64,000 bases of DNA from Octopus vulgaris (Eukaryota), in NCBI GenBank assembly GCA_951406725.2, contig OX597825.1:51894001-51958000 (forward strand), read 5' to 3'. This document shows positions 25,162 to 40,012 of this stretch, one piece after another; within the stretch, counting starts at the first letter, position 1, and each line of letters starts with the position of its first letter. Below the pieces are notes generated by a model that saw only the letters and a program-made list of their open reading frames with translations, was not told the DNA's origin and made no database searches. The position numbers and the translations under genes were made by a program.

Positions 25162-25502
25162 CACAGATAGACATGTATAGATAAACAGTTAGATAAACAG
25201 TTAGACAGATAAACCCTTCCTAATTTTATAATATGGTTATTTGTAAACTAATGGGAAATTTGTTACACAAAAATATTGAGAAATATCAGATAAGGAAGAG
25301 AAAATTAAATGCATGTCATCATCACCATTTAACATCTGTTTTATGTATAAATAGTTACTACTATTCAAGCAGTTATTTCTGAAGGCATACTTTTACTAAT
25401 AATATTCATAAACTTTCATTTAGTCTCCAATTTGCGTGTATAGAATTTCATTTCTGCTTTGGAATCTGTGGTAAATTCATAGGTTTTATCTTTTAGAAAA
25501 CT

Positions 25503-25564
<62 letters not shown>

Positions 25565-26829
25565 TCCAACATATTTAATAAAATTGTTTTCATCACTGGT
25601 GTATTTATATCTACTGAGATTTGCCTGTTATTTTTGATTGCCCATTGTATATATAAACAGCAATTATGTTTTCTCCCCCACACACACATATATATATAGA
25701 TGGATAGATAGGTAGATAGATAAATGTATATACACATATGTACACACACACACATAACTTCATAGTAGAAGATGGACAAACATCGGTATGTATGTATATA
25801 TATATATATATACATAATTTTTCTTCTGGTTTTGTTAGAATTCCTCTCTCTATGCTACATTATTAAGCATGAGCAATTCATTTTTCATCAAGTTTCATAT
25901 ATTTCTGGAAAGGCTCTTCAAGTAATTAAACCAACCATGAAAACAGAAAACGGATAACCTCAAAATAATTAAAATATATTATCTTTTCTTTGAAGTTTTG
26001 TCTTTCCAATAGAAAGGGTTATTTTTTCCCTCACAAGGATTAATTTTCCCTTCTCTTCTCTACATATATTCATGAATAAAGAACCCCATCTATTATTTGG
26101 GTCTTTAAAAGGAATTTAAATATGCTAAAGTAGAGTGTATTGTATTGGTGAGGGTACTTGTGGGAAGGGATGTTATACTTAGTCTTTGAAAGGTAGGAAT
26201 CCATTGTCAGAAGAAGTTCATGTGCCGTGAAGATAAGAGACATTCCACATTTCGGACATGGCTTTAGTTTTCGAAAGGAACTGATGTAAATATGTTAGAA
26301 GTTGCTACTTTACAAATGTAACAAAAGCTTGTGGATACCAACATTAGTAGGATACCTGGCCATTCACAGACACACCATCATCGTTATCATCATTATCATT
26401 TAGTGTCCATATTCCATAGTGGTATGTGTAGGATGGTTTGTCAGGATCTGGCTTTAGACTATAATGTTCGGAAAGTTTTCTGCAGCTGAATACTCTTCCT
26501 AATGGCAACAGCATTAAAAAGTGTACTTGGTGCTTTTTATGCAGCTACAGCATGAGTGAGGTAACCAAGTAACGTGTAAGACAAAACCCCTTGACAGAGT
26601 TGGATGTATAATACTGAGTGAGGTGGTTTACTTTTATTGGGACATGAGAGTGAGAGGTGTTAGAGACAAGGATAAAAGTGCATGCAGGGAATGGTGAACC
26701 TGGATGAAAGTGTGGACAATGGTGAATCTCAGTTTAGGTGAAGGTGAGGAAAATAGGAGTTGGTTAGGAGGAGAAGGTAATAGGTGGTAATAGATAAAAG
26801 GTAGGGGTGGAGATCAACAGTATAATAAA

Positions 26830-27120
26830 ATCATAGACAGGTGAGAAATAGGATGAAGTCAGGTAAAGAGAGAAAATGCACAGTGACATAGATGGAAGCC
26901 AAAGATACGTAGGAATGGATATAAGGAGTTGCAAAAATATGAGGTATTCGGTTGAAATAAATTAGTAAGGGATGATGTTGTGAGTACAAGACGGGTGGCA
27001 AAAGGAATAGTCCCAGAAAGAGGAACAACTGGTCGCAGAAAAACACAGGGAAGCAGCATGTGCAGCAGTTCTGCTCCCATATATCATATAATTACAATAG
27101 CTGAGAAAACGGTACCATAA
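26830..27120 (-). mobile_element. CR1-like LINE 3' fragment
   Basis: FSQLL/FYRY-type start, ELLHMLLP...TR, FQPNT...LYP; similar to the end of 35150-36015. Confidence 0.4.
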
Positions 27121-27140
27121 TTAGTGGTAAAGAATGTAAA

Positions 27141-27453
27141 GACCCCTTTCAGTCATGAATGATCATGGGATTGCACCGAGAAAGTTACCCTCCAAGGCAC
27201 AAGCCTGGGCAACGTTGTTTATGGAAGACAATCGATACCAGCCACCCTTCTCAACATCCGATGTTATCCAAGGGAAAGGCTAAAGCAGCTTGGTATGAGT
27301 GATGTCACAATTCATTTCTACAGCTGAGTGGACTGGAGCAACATGAATAAAGTGTCTTGCTCAAGAACACAACACACAGTGCAGTCCAGGAGTCGAACTC
27401 ACAACCTCATGGTTCTTACACCAATGCTCTAACCACTGAGCCATGCACCTTCA
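27141..27453 (-). mobile_element. tRNA/CORE SINE (family C)
   Basis: Closely similar to 56240-56573 (-) and 30181-30375 (+); 3' half shared with 31270-31467. Confidence 0.85.
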
Positions 27454-27469
27454 CACATGCACACATGTA

Positions 27470-27506
<37 letters not shown>

Positions 27507-27720
27507 TTGCATTGGTAATTAGTCCTAAAATATGCAACTTAACTCAGAAAATGACATAACACTAAAAAACAGTTTTAAATATTTATTAGCTTATATCTGT
27601 TTTAATTAATGGTTTTTACATATTTTTGCAGGTATTATATTTGATTTTCCACTTTGGTATTGGCTTTTAGTTGCATTCTTTAAAATCAGTATGTTTTTAA
27701 ATATGTTTGCTGAGACTGAC

Positions 27721-28086
27721 ATAAATTGACAGACGTTGAAATTTATTTTCACCATCAAATACTTGGAAAAGAAGATGATGTAAAGTTGAAAAAGACAAAA
27801 CTTGAAATGATGTAAGTAGAGGTATATCTGCACACACACACACACATACACACACATGCACACATATACACATATACACACACCTGTACATGTATGTACA
27901 GTATATGCATACATACACACATACATACAGAGAGAGATAGAGGGATAGGTAGAGATTTCTTCTTCTGTATGACAATGAAGAAGATTCCGTTTGCTCCATC
28001 AACTGAATTACCTGTATGAACACATAAGTGGTTGAGTTTTTCACCAACACGTGTATCTCTCATGTAATTCTCATTCAGAATCAGCA
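27721..28086 (-). pseudogene. Two phase-joined pseudo-exons (28012-28086, 27721-27827)
   Basis: Spliced reading LILNENYMRDTRVGEKLNHLCVHT-D-IPLLTSFQVLSFSTLHHLLFQVFDGENKFQRLSIY, canonical AG/GT sites, no stops. Confidence 0.65.
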
Positions 28087-28117
28087 CTGACACAGTATGT
28101 GATAATGCTTTACATTG

Positions 28118-28422
28118 TGGAGGCACATGGCCTAGTGGTTAGAGCAGTGGACTCACAGTCAAGGGATCACAGGTTCGAATCTTAGACCGGGCGATGTGTG
28201 TGTTTATGAGGGAAAACAACTAAGCTCCACATGATTCCGGCAGAAGATAATGGCGAACTTCTGCTGACTCTTTCGCCGCAACTTTCTCTCACTCTTTCCT
28301 CCTGCATCTTGCACCTCACTGGTTACTGACTGGCGTCCCATCCAGGTGGGGAACCTATAGGCCAAGAAAACCAGGAAACCGGCCCTTATGAGCCAGGCAT
28401 GGCTTGAGAAGGAACAAACAAC
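28118..28422 (+). mobile_element. tRNA-derived SINE (family D) with (AAC)n tail
   Basis: A box tggcctagtggtta, B box ggttcgaatc; head shared with 30957. Confidence 0.8.
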
Positions 28423-29932
28423 AAATACTCCACATTTCAGTTACCTGTCCAAAAGATCTAATGAGTTTCTGTACAGTTTCTGCCTACCCAATTTCACTCA
28501 CAAGGCATGGGTCAAAACTGTAGAGAATACTTATGGCAGAAGCTTCAAAGCTTAGGCCTAATGATTGCAATAGAAACTTGTTAACCATTCAACCGTACTA
28601 TGCCTTGCTCACAAACAAACAATCCCTCATAAAAGAACAGTAGTATGATGCCGGTGTCACGTAACTGACAGATGTGCTAGCAATACATAAAAAGCACCCA
28701 TTACACTCTTGGAGTGGTTAGCGTTAGGAGAGGCATCCAGCCATAGAAACCATACCAAGTCAGATTGGAACCTGGTGCAACCCTCCAGCTTACCAGTTTC
28801 ATTCAAACCATGTATGCCATGCCAGCATAGAAAGCAGATGCTAAATAATAATGCTGATGATGATGATGATGATGATGGTGATGGTGATGGTGATGATGAT
28901 GATGATGATGATGATGAAAACTAAATACAGTGAAGATAGTGACTTTCTTTACCATTCTATATCATTCCTTGATACTCAGAATGCCAACACTGTTATTCTT
29001 GTTAGCCAGAAACAGTAGGAATCTAATCACTCTAATTGCTTATCTTCAAAATTTTCTTCACTTTTCCCAAAGATGTCTCCTTTGTATTTTCTTATTTCAT
29101 TGTTATTTTTCTTTATCATTTTCCTTTTCTTTTCATAAGTTCCCATTTTGCTGGGTTTCCCCTCTTCAGTTCTAAGACTTCTCTGAGGGGTTCATTAATC
29201 GACAACATTGCTTTTAGTAATTACTGTACCACCAGTACCACTCCACCACTACCTTTATCAGTAACAACTCCAACCTCTCTGTACTGCTGTAGAATATGTT
29301 TCATTTCCGTTCTAATCTTCTATAGAAACCTCATTAATCTATGTTATGCATACGTTGTGTTGCATCTTGTTAGATTAACCCTAATTGAATTGACTATCAT
29401 TGCTGTTTACTGCATCTTCTCTACTTATCAACACCTCATAGAAATGCATTCCGTTCAGTGTAACTGTGGTCATCTGTTACAACTAATTTATCTAAGTCAC
29501 AATCAAAATGTGGAATTAATATGGTGAATTATTAAACAGAATTAAAAGTTTGTTTCACATAAATTAAAATAAAATTTCTACCTGGAAACTAAAAATTAAT
29601 TGAATATTATTAAAACTAAAGTCTTTTATTACATATCTTTCTGCCTTTCTCTCTCTGTCTTTCATTTTCTCTCACTCTCTCTCTCTCTCAGTATATATAG
29701 TCATCATTATCATTTAGCATGCATTTTCTATGCTTGCATGGCTCAGATGGAATTTGTTGGGGTTGATTCTCAATGACCAGATGCTCTACTTTTCATTAGA
29801 CTATTTCCATGTAAAGTAGATTTTTCCTATGGCCAGACACATTTTTCGTAGTACATAGTAGGGAAACATGCTTATTAGCCACATAGCCACCTACATAAGT
29901 ACACACATGCACACATGCACACACACACACAT

Positions 29933-29966
<34 letters not shown>

Positions 29967-30124
29967 GTGTAGTAATTTTTTTTGTGGTAAAATATCTGGT
30001 TCTCAATCACATTGTTCTGGGTTCAGTCCATGTGCATGGCACCTCAAGTGTCTTCTGTTATAGCCCCAGTCTGACCAAAGCTTTGTGCATGATTAGCCAG
30101 ACAGACTTTGAAAGAAGCCATTGT

Positions 30125-30169
<45 letters not shown>

Positions 30170-30881
30170 AATGCGTGTGTGTGAAGGCAAACGGACAAGT
30201 AGTTTCATGAGGTAGTGAGTTCAATTTCTGGACTATGCTGTGTGCTGTGTTCTTGAGCAAGACACTTTATTTCACATTGTTCCAGTTCACTCCGTTGTAA
30301 ATATGAGTTACAACATCACTGGTGCCAAGCTGTATCGGCCTTTGCCTTTCCTTTGGACAACATTGGTGGAGGAGAACTTTCAAGGAGAAATCCCAACATT
30401 ACAATATGTTCTTAAAAATGTCAAGTGTGTGAATATATATTCATGTGTATATATGTATGTATGCATGTATGTGTGTGTATATATAAATATATATACATAC
30501 ATGCATGAATATATGTGTGTGCATGCGTATATGTGTGTTAGTGTCTCATTGTCTTAACAATGTTAGATTGATTTATATGATGGACAGTTATACAAACAGT
30601 ACCATATTCTATACAAACATGTCTGGTTATGGGGAAGCACTACCTTGCTTAGGAATGGGGAAAGACAACAATAAGGGCATCCTGCAGTAGGAAATCTGTC
30701 CCAATAAACTCTTGTACAAGGCTCAAGTTGTTTGTTTTGCCATGGTTTTTATAGCTAGATGCTTTTTCTAACACAGACAACTTTATAGAGTGAAAGGGGT
30801 TATTTTTATGTGCCACCAGCACAGGTGCTTTTTATGTAACTCCAGCATGGGTGCTTTTTATGCAACACTGGAATGTGCAAA

Positions 30882-30956
<75 letters not shown>

Positions 30957-30957
<1 letters not shown>

Positions 30958-31467
30958 AGGAGGTGCAATGGCCCAGTGGTTAGGGCAGCGGACTCGTGGT
31001 TGTAGGATCACAGTTTCGATTCCCAGATCAGGCATTGTGAGTGTTTATTGAGCAGAAACACCTAAAGCTCCACAAGGGTCCAGCAGGGGGGGAGGAGTGA
31101 ACCCTACTGCACTCTTTCACCACAACTTTCTCTCTCTCTTTCTTCCTGTTTCTGTGGTACCTGTATTTCAAAGGGCCAGCCTTGTCACACTCTGTGTCAC
31201 ACTGAATCTCTCCAAGAACTACGTTAAGTGTACACGTGTCTGTGGAGTGCTCAGCCACATGCACGTTAATAGATGAGCTGCGACATCACTGGTACCAATT
31301 TGTATCGGCCTTTGCCTTTCCCTTGGATAACATCAGTGACGTGGAGAGGGGAGGCTGGTATGCGTGGGTGACTGCTAGTCTTCTATAAACAACCTTGCCC
31401 AGACTTGTGCCTCGGAGGGTAACTTTCTAGGTGCAATCCCATGGTCATTCATGACCGAAGGGGGTCA
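30957..31467 (+). mobile_element. Chimeric SINE: family-D-like tRNA head + family-C 3' half
   Basis: Head tggcccagtggttagggcagcggactc...gtttcgattcc; 3' end catggtcattcatgaccgaagggggtc. Confidence 0.75.
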
Positions 31468-31469
31468 CA

Positions 31470-31506
<37 letters not shown>

Positions 31507-33360
31507 ATCTATCTATCTACAGGTATGCAGGTGTGTGTGTATGTATATATACACACACAAATACATATACCAACATGAATGTATCTGCATATTTTCATAC
31601 AAACACTCAGGAACAGACATGCATGTAGAAAGCTGAAGGATGTGCATAAGCAAAAATATATTGTTATATAATTTGTTTGTTTACGCAAGTATAAGTACAT
31701 GAAATGAAAGGTTAGTACGTATACACACAAACACATGCACATATACATATACACTCCCATACATACATATTTGTATCTGTGTGTGACTGTGTACTGAAAC
31801 ATATTATTAAGATTTTAAAATATATGAAATGTAGTTTCAGATGTAAACATTTTGCTAAGCCTTACAATAATAAAACAAAAATATATTTATCAGTAGTAAG
31901 CATTTCATATTCTCTAGATTATTACTATTATTGTTCTTGATACTGTGGTTGTTGTGCTGTTGTTGATGTGGTTGTTGGTGCTGTTGTTGTTATGAGTTAT
32001 TTCAATTGTCTGAGTTTTTTAAAAAACAAATATTATTGATTTGTTTATTACAGTTACAACTATTGTTGTTGTTGTTGTTATTGATTAGTAGTTCAGACTA
32101 CTCAAAACTATTTTTTTTTTTAAATTCATTGTTTTTAGGGTATGTTTATTTTTAAAATTTAAATGTATTATTACAATAACATATCATCATTATCGCCATC
32201 AAGCATAAGATTATCAGCTTTTTCTTCATTGCAGTCATCATTAACATCTCCTCAGCATCATCTGCATTATCATAACTAACAACTTCATAAATAGTATGAT
32301 GGTCTTCATTACCTTTTCTTCTTCATCATCATCATCATTAACATCATCATCATCATCTTCATTCTCACTATTGTCATTATGATGAATATTTATGTAATGT
32401 ATTATAAACCTTTCCCAATATTAAAATATGTTCTTAGAAATGCCATGTGTGTGAACATATCCACATGTGCATACATGTAAGTATACAAGAAGAAGAGTAA
32501 GGGAAAAAGAATGTATGTAGGAAGGGATTTTATAAATGCTTCCAAAAGATATGTATAAACATGTGCATAGCATGAGTTTGTACGTGAGTACAGGTATTCC
32601 TACACGTATACAATCAAGCACACATATATATATATATATATATAGGTACGTATCCTTATCCACATGCATAAACATACCTTATTGTTTACACTCAGGTAAA
32701 TAGCATAAGTGTATGTATGTGTATATATGTAAATGTGTGTATGTATACAAATATTTAAGTATATATGTGTTTGTGTGTTTGCATATATATTTGTGTGTAT
32801 ATATATTTATCTATACAGACATATATACAAGTCACTTATGAAAGACACACAATAATATAACCAGCATCTACATCACCAATATATTATTGCCAATGACAAT
32901 AACAACCACAACATCTCCAACAACAACAACAACATCTCACTAATCAGTGATTAAAGATTATTCTACATTGGTAAGTAAGTATATTTTGTTTATTCAGAGA
33001 AAATCTTAGTTTTCAAAAATTCTTTCATATTTCAGTGGTGGGCACAGAGAGAATGGTTAAATTGTAGGTAAGCATAATGGATATAAAATGTATGGAGTGA
33101 CTGGTAGTTGCAATTTACCAATCTAAATACTATATTTACTGAAAGTTTTTCGAAGACATTCTGCCACACCACCATCAGTTGCTGTCAACGAAAAATTTTA
33201 TGTCAGTCTAAAGGCGATATGAAGAAAATGGAAATAACATAGATTCCTTATATGGAGTTTGATCTGGGAATTGAGTAAATTATTTTCAACAAATTATAAA
33301 GGATATGTGGAGAGGAGAGGTGTATGAAGACAATAGTGAGAATTCTGTGTATGTGTGTGT

Positions 33361-33397
<37 letters not shown>

Positions 33398-33941
33398 CAC
33401 GCACGCACATATGTATATATATATATATATATACACATTTGTTTCTTCTTGTAGGAGAATATGTGCATGTGCTTGTACATGGGAATGCAAGAGAGTGGCA
33501 GCGAAAGAGAAGTATATGGAAATAATTTTTGTGAAGCCCTGATTGAATAATAGATAAGAATGGAGATAGAAGTGGAATATATATGTTTTTAATGCAAATA
33601 TGTGTATCATATATGTATGTTAGAGAGTGCATGCATGAAAATACAGAAATAACTATGTTTGTGTATAAGTATGTGTGATTATACTTACATATATATGGAC
33701 ACACACACAGGTATATATACATATATGTATTTGTACACACACACCCATATGAATGTATATATATGTGTGTATATTTGCATGAATATATGAGTGTATGAGT
33801 GTTGAGTGTGTGTTTGTATATATATGAATATATGTATGTATGCTTCATAAAGGAAGAGTAATAAAATAATGAGTAGTGATAAAGGAAATAGAATAAAATA
33901 TGTACATGTCTGTGTTTAAGTTTCCAAATGTGTATATATAT

Positions 33942-33985
<44 letters not shown>

Positions 33986-34402
33986 CATATACATATATAG
34001 AACTATGTATGTACATCTGTTTAAAATATGTATTACAGCAATGTGTGTATGTATGCATTAAAAGAGAAAATTATGGATAATCATAGAAACATAGAAACTT
34101 TTGCCCTGTTGGAAATAAGGACCAGAGAATTTGGTAGATCTAAAACTATTGGAATTATTCTAATTGTGAAGTTCAATGCATTCATTTACATTGGAATTAT
34201 TTCTTGGAGGACGCTAGATAGATCTAATGCATTTATAAAGAATATGTAGCCTAATGGACAGAAATAGGCATTGATATATATAGATATATATATATATATA
34301 TATATAGGTAAATTCATCGCACCAAGAATTTTCATTATTACAACATAAATATTAGAAATCGTTATTAAGATATGTAAGAAAAAAAAGTATTTTATCTCTC
34401 TG

Positions 34403-34468
<66 letters not shown>

Positions 34469-34844
34469 GTATGTATGTGTATGTGAACAAGAGTACATTT
34501 TTACAAGATACAATACTGAGAGCTATATGCAGCATGATAAGACAAGAACAATACACTTTTTGTGTGATTGTATATCTTATTGTTTTTACATTGATTTTAT
34601 ATATTTTGTTGTTTCTGTATTGCTTTGTTTCTTCAAAGACTAAACAATCTATAACCATATTCCACATTAGATGCGAAATTAGTTTGAAAAGAATTTAAGT
34701 AAATCTACTTTTTGTTCTTACCTCTATAGTTTTGCTGTCTTGTTAGATATTTTTTGTTGTGGTTGTTTTATGTTTTTTCTCTTTCTGTTTTTGAATATTG
34801 AATTATTTCTTGAAATTAAAGTTTTGAAATATAATAGACAAACC

Positions 34845-34909
<65 letters not shown>

Positions 34910-34935
34910 TGTATGTATATGTATACATATGTGTA

Positions 34936-34966
<31 letters not shown>

Positions 34967-35149
34967 TATATTATATATATTGCTTACCTCTATATATTGT
35001 GTTAATACAGGAACCAGAATGATGTTGATGTGGATGTTAGTGATGATGAAGATGGTGCTGGTATATGATGATGATGATGGTGGCAGCAGTGGTGATGATG
35101 ATAATGATGATCATGAAGATTGATCAAGTACTCTAATTTCACCCTGCTC

Positions 35150-36015
35150 CAAAGTCATTGTCCTTGACTTAAAAAAGAACTGAAGAAAAAGGTAGTTGAT
35201 CACCATCAATGAATTTTCTGAAAATTGTGCTGTTGCACTTGATATCAGCTCAGCACTTGAAACTTAAAACTCTCAGTTATCTGTCTATGGGTTCCATAAA
35301 TCTCTGATCTCTTGGATTGCTGATCTTTAGTCAGACCACATCACCACGGTGTGTAATGGTGTAAACTATATCAACTCTCAGACCATATCAAATATGATGT
35401 GACTCCATCAACAGAGACCTTTGAAGCATTGTCTCCTTTGACTACCCAAATACATTTCACAAAAGGAATATCATACTGCACCCCCTAAACAGGAAAGTGA
35501 TCCAAATAAACCTTGAGGTCACTACAAATGGTAGGCCTAACTATAACTGGAAATCTCTCCATCACAAAGAATGATTTTCTTCACTTGGACCAGAAAATTT
35601 TTCACATCCCTAAACTACAAACATTGAACAAAGCTTGAATAAGACCAACAGTGATGTACTTCTCTTACATCTGTAGTGGTGCAGCTGTTATACACAACCA
35701 TCCTCAGGTTTGATACAAAAAAAGCCATCAATAAAGTTTTTCCCCATCACATTCCAATCTCAGGTCTCCTTTCCTACAATTATTACAATAGGCTACGCCT
35801 TTTGAATGCGACTGGTTTCATGCTATCTCCAGTCAGCAACACCCAGCTCACCATCTCTTCTCATATCAAACAAATTGTATCTTCTATGCAACCAGTCTAT
35901 ACAAGCCACATTATCCATTTTTTTTTCCAGAAAACGCAATCCTTTGGTATTTTTTCCCTATCCATGTTTCTACCATTCAGCAAGCAAATGACAACTAATC
36001 AACTTAAATATTAAT
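35150..36015 (+). mobile_element. Highly decayed CR1/L2-like LINE RT fragment
   Basis: VALDISSA, KLSVYGFHKSLISWIAD, and 3' FFQKT-type remnants. Confidence 0.55.
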
Positions 36016-36349
36016 CATGTTGATGTCACATCTTTTGGATAACATACAAATGTCATTGAAACTGCCCTTGCTTTTAAATCAAAACATAAAAAACTGTATA
36101 AATAATATTAAATGTTTTTATTTCCTTTGCCAAAAATAATAACTTTTATCAAAAAGGTATATATATATATACACAAACATACATACATGCATGTGTGCGC
36201 ACACACACACAGACATACACATACATACATATAAGGATAGAGAGGAGTGTTTATATAATTAGAGATAAATGTGTGTATGTGTATGTATACATATACATAC
36301 ACAAACATATACATATATATATTTATATATATGTATATATATATATATG

Positions 36350-36390
<41 letters not shown>

Positions 36391-36742
36391 GCATACAACT
36401 TGTATGTGTGTGTATTCGCACATATAACTCATACACCTTATACAGCAAAAATGTTTATCTAGCAATAGCAGTAATTCTCTCTTGCAAAGAAGTGGAAGTA
36501 GACTTTTTATCTAAACATTTCTCCAAACTTTAGATAGAACAATAATAAAGAAAATAGTGGAATATAACATCAGTATCATATAAGATTCTTTTTATTATCT
36601 CATGGGAAATATATTTCTTCAACAACATACTGCATCACAACATGACTGACCTTAATAACTCTACACATTCTTACTTATTAATTAATCTTAATTGCAAAGT
36701 AAACTTTGCATTTTAAATCTAGTTTGGTACTTGCATATACAA

Positions 36743-36795
36743 GCTTTGTGAACATCCTCAAGTATCTAAAAGGTACTTAAGGATGTTCACAAAGC
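36743..36795. repeat. 25-bp-arm hairpin (23/25 match)
   Basis: GCTTTGTGAACATCCTCAAGTATCT-AAA-AGGTACTTAAGGATGTTCACAAAGC. Confidence 0.9.
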
Positions 36796-37123
36796 AAGCG
36801 AACTGAAACCTGGTGTAACTAGCTGTGATATATAAAACATTAGTTTGTGATAAGTTGTAATGTTACCCACTGGTTAAAAATAAAGGTACCTAATTTGAAA
36901 GTAGTCTGTTACTTTAATGACAGTAAATCCATATACAATATGTTCAGAAACATATTGACTTCACACTTCAGTTAATGAATACACATCACCAACATAGGCA
37001 ATGATATTCACATGAGCAAATGCTATGACTGATGATGATGGCATTTTTAATAAATAAAAGGGGCAAGCTAGCAGAATCATTAGCCCACTAGACAAAACGC
37101 TTAGTGGTATATCATCTGAGTTC

Positions 37124-37441
37124 ATAGTGAAGCTCCTCTTAATCTGCAAGGCAAAATAGTTCCTCTTCAAATACTCTAAAATTACTGTCTCTGTCATGAC
37201 ACTCTGCTATCATTCTCCCATCTTCACCATTCTTCCCCCGAAACTCTTTCTCATTTCCCCTCATTCCAAACTATCATTCTTATCACTCTGCCTCTCCACA
37301 CTACACTCACTCCTTTCTCCTCTCCCTGCATAGTTCCCTTTCTTCCCCATCCTCTCTATTGCTTGCATTATACCCTGAATAGTAACAGGCTACAATGAAG
37401 AGGAACTACATTGCCTTGCAGATTAAGAGGAGCTTCACTAT
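37124..37441. mobile_element. MITE-like element with ~45-bp TIRs, possible TA TSD
   Basis: atagtgaagctcctcttaatctgcaaggcaa...ttgccttgcagattaagaggagcttcactat. Confidence 0.7.
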
Positions 37442-37670
37442 TGCTGGTGTCATGATAAAACACACCAAGTACATTGAGTTATTTATGCATTTATGACACA
37501 CACTTTGTAATGCTGGAAAAGGTGTTTAACCACACAAACTTTAATGTATAAGTGAGATGTTGTCCACAGAATCGTTTCTAAGATCAATGTCTCTGAATAA
37601 AAACTGAGTCAGATTGTTACAACCTGCTTTACCTATGCCACCATAGAAAATGCCCTCTATTATCATAGAA

Positions 37671-37708
<38 letters not shown>

Positions 37709-37764
37709 GGAGAGAGAGAGAGAGAGAGATACATACATACATACATACATACATGCATACATAC

Positions 37765-37809
<45 letters not shown>

Positions 37810-37983
37810 TACAATACATGAACCATCCACCTACCCACAAAGAAACCTGAACCCCAGTAATAGATATTGGCTCAACAAACACAGAAGATGGGAAGAAAAC
37901 AACTACCAAAGACAAAACAACACATACAGACCACACAGACCACCCCTACTACTACAAGAAAACCTAAGAACTGAAAATGAAAT

Positions 37984-39882
37984 TTGGAGACGCAACAACA
38001 CAACCCATTATTTAGGGAGAGGATACTTCAACCAGACTCCAGACCCAATACACCAAAAATTCCGGATGAACTTACAAAACACATAGACCCCAAAATAATA
38101 AACTTATCTAAAAGAGAACTTGACGAAAATGAAATGAACCTATTACTAAAATGCCTCAAATTTACACCTACACCCACTCCAAACCTCATAGAACTAAAAA
38201 CTGATATAGACAACTTCAGCCGCCACCTCCGCCTTATGGAATTCTTTGAAAATAAAGAAAAAGAAGATAACTCAATCATAAGAAAAAAATCCCATTTCAC
38301 CCCTTACAAGGGAAGTGACAAACACCTTGACACATACATAGAGACAATATCCAAATTCCCTTTCCACACACACAACTGCAAACAGAATCTCAGCAGAGGA
38401 AAAAAACAAGCCTTACAGAAACTGAAAAATGACAAGTCAATCATTATAAAAGAAGCTGACAAAGGTAGATCAATAGTAATTATGGATACAGATTACTACA
38501 AAGAAAAGATACTGGAGTTACTGAACAACCAGACATACTATAAAGAGGAACCAACACCACCGGAGAAAGCAACAATAAAAAAAATTAGAACTTTAGTCAA
38601 TGAATACCAGGACTCCTTTACAGATAAGGAGAAAGACTATCTATGCAACTCACGAACCAAAGAAAGCAATTTTTATGGATTACCTAAAATTCATAAAAGC
38701 TCTGAAATACAGAGAGCCATAAAGGAACAGAGGAACCACTATATAAAAATACGAAGGCCTGCAGACCTCACAATGTGACCAATAGTGGCAGGACCCCAGG
38801 CACCAACACAACAACTAAGCCACTTCATAGATATACTCCTCAAACCTTTATGCCCACAGATACCAAGCTACGTAAGGGATGACATAGACTTCCTCTCACA
38901 CATTCCAAATACAGTACCGAAAAACACCATACTTGCAAGCTTTGACGTCACAAATCTATACACAAACATTCCACACACCCTAGGTCTAGAAGCTATAAAA
39001 CAATCAATAGAAAAATACAGAGAACTTATAGACGAACGCTTCAAGACAAACTTTATCACCCAAGCCACCCAACTAATACTCGAAGAAAATACATTCTCAT
39101 TCAGCAACAAGACATACCGACAGATAAAAGGCACGGCTATGGGTATAAAATTCGCACCTTCATATGCCAACCTGATGATGGGCTTCCTGGAGAACAAACT
39201 ATATGATGAAATAGGGAAAGTCTTCGAACACGACTTCAGAGAAGACATCAAGAAAAAGTGGAAACGCTACCTCGATGACTGCTTCATCTTTTGGAACAGA
39301 TCAGAAGAAGACCTACGAACATTCCACAACATCCTCAATACGCTGCACCCATCTATCAACTTCACAATAGATATTAGCCACAACGAACTTCCCTTCCTAG
39401 ACATCAACATCAAAATACACAACTCCATCGTCACAACAGACATCCACTACAAAAAAACTGACACACACCAATACTTAAATTTCCACTCCTGCCACACAAA
39501 AAGAAACATCCCATATAGTATGGCAAGACGAATATGTAGCATAGTAACTGATTTACAAATACGACTAATAAGACTAGATGAACTCAAAAACTTCTTCCTA
39601 GAGCAAAAATACCCCTTTAAACTAATAGAAAATGGAATCACAAGAGCATTAAAACTAGACATCGCACAACTCAGGACACCCAAAACAAAAAACAAAGAAA
39701 ACATTATCCCTTTTATAAACACGCACAACCCTGGAGTTACCAACATCTTCCCAACCATACATTCAAGCCTACCAATAGCCTTACAAAACCCCAAAATGAA
39801 GAACATATTAAACAAATATAGCATAAAAAACAGTAGACGACAGGAAACACCTAACAACAGCAAAATTCTCTTCAGAAACTAA
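37984..39882 (+). CDS. PLE reverse transcriptase (interrupted by TGA at 38776-38778, likely CGA in MRPIVAG)
   Basis: ORFs 37984-38778 and 38785-39882 are in the same frame; full RT motif set with YLDD. Confidence 0.9.
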
Positions 39883-40012
39883 AACGGAATTCTTTGCAAA
39901 AGAGTGCGGAGATGGTAGATGTGGGATCTGCAGCAACCCTACCTACAAATACATAGAGGGAAACAGAGAGATAAGATTTAAAAGTGGTGACATATTCAAA
40001 ATAAAAGCAGAT

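Noticed and set aside
33248-36533. Many 60-190 aa ORFs rich in YI/CV/HT
   Set aside because: Translations of (TA)n, (TG)n and (CA)n microsatellites.
38776-38778. Selenocysteine or readthrough TGA in the Neptune RT
   Set aside because: It falls at the Arg of the conserved RPIV motif, consistent with CGA>TGA decay.
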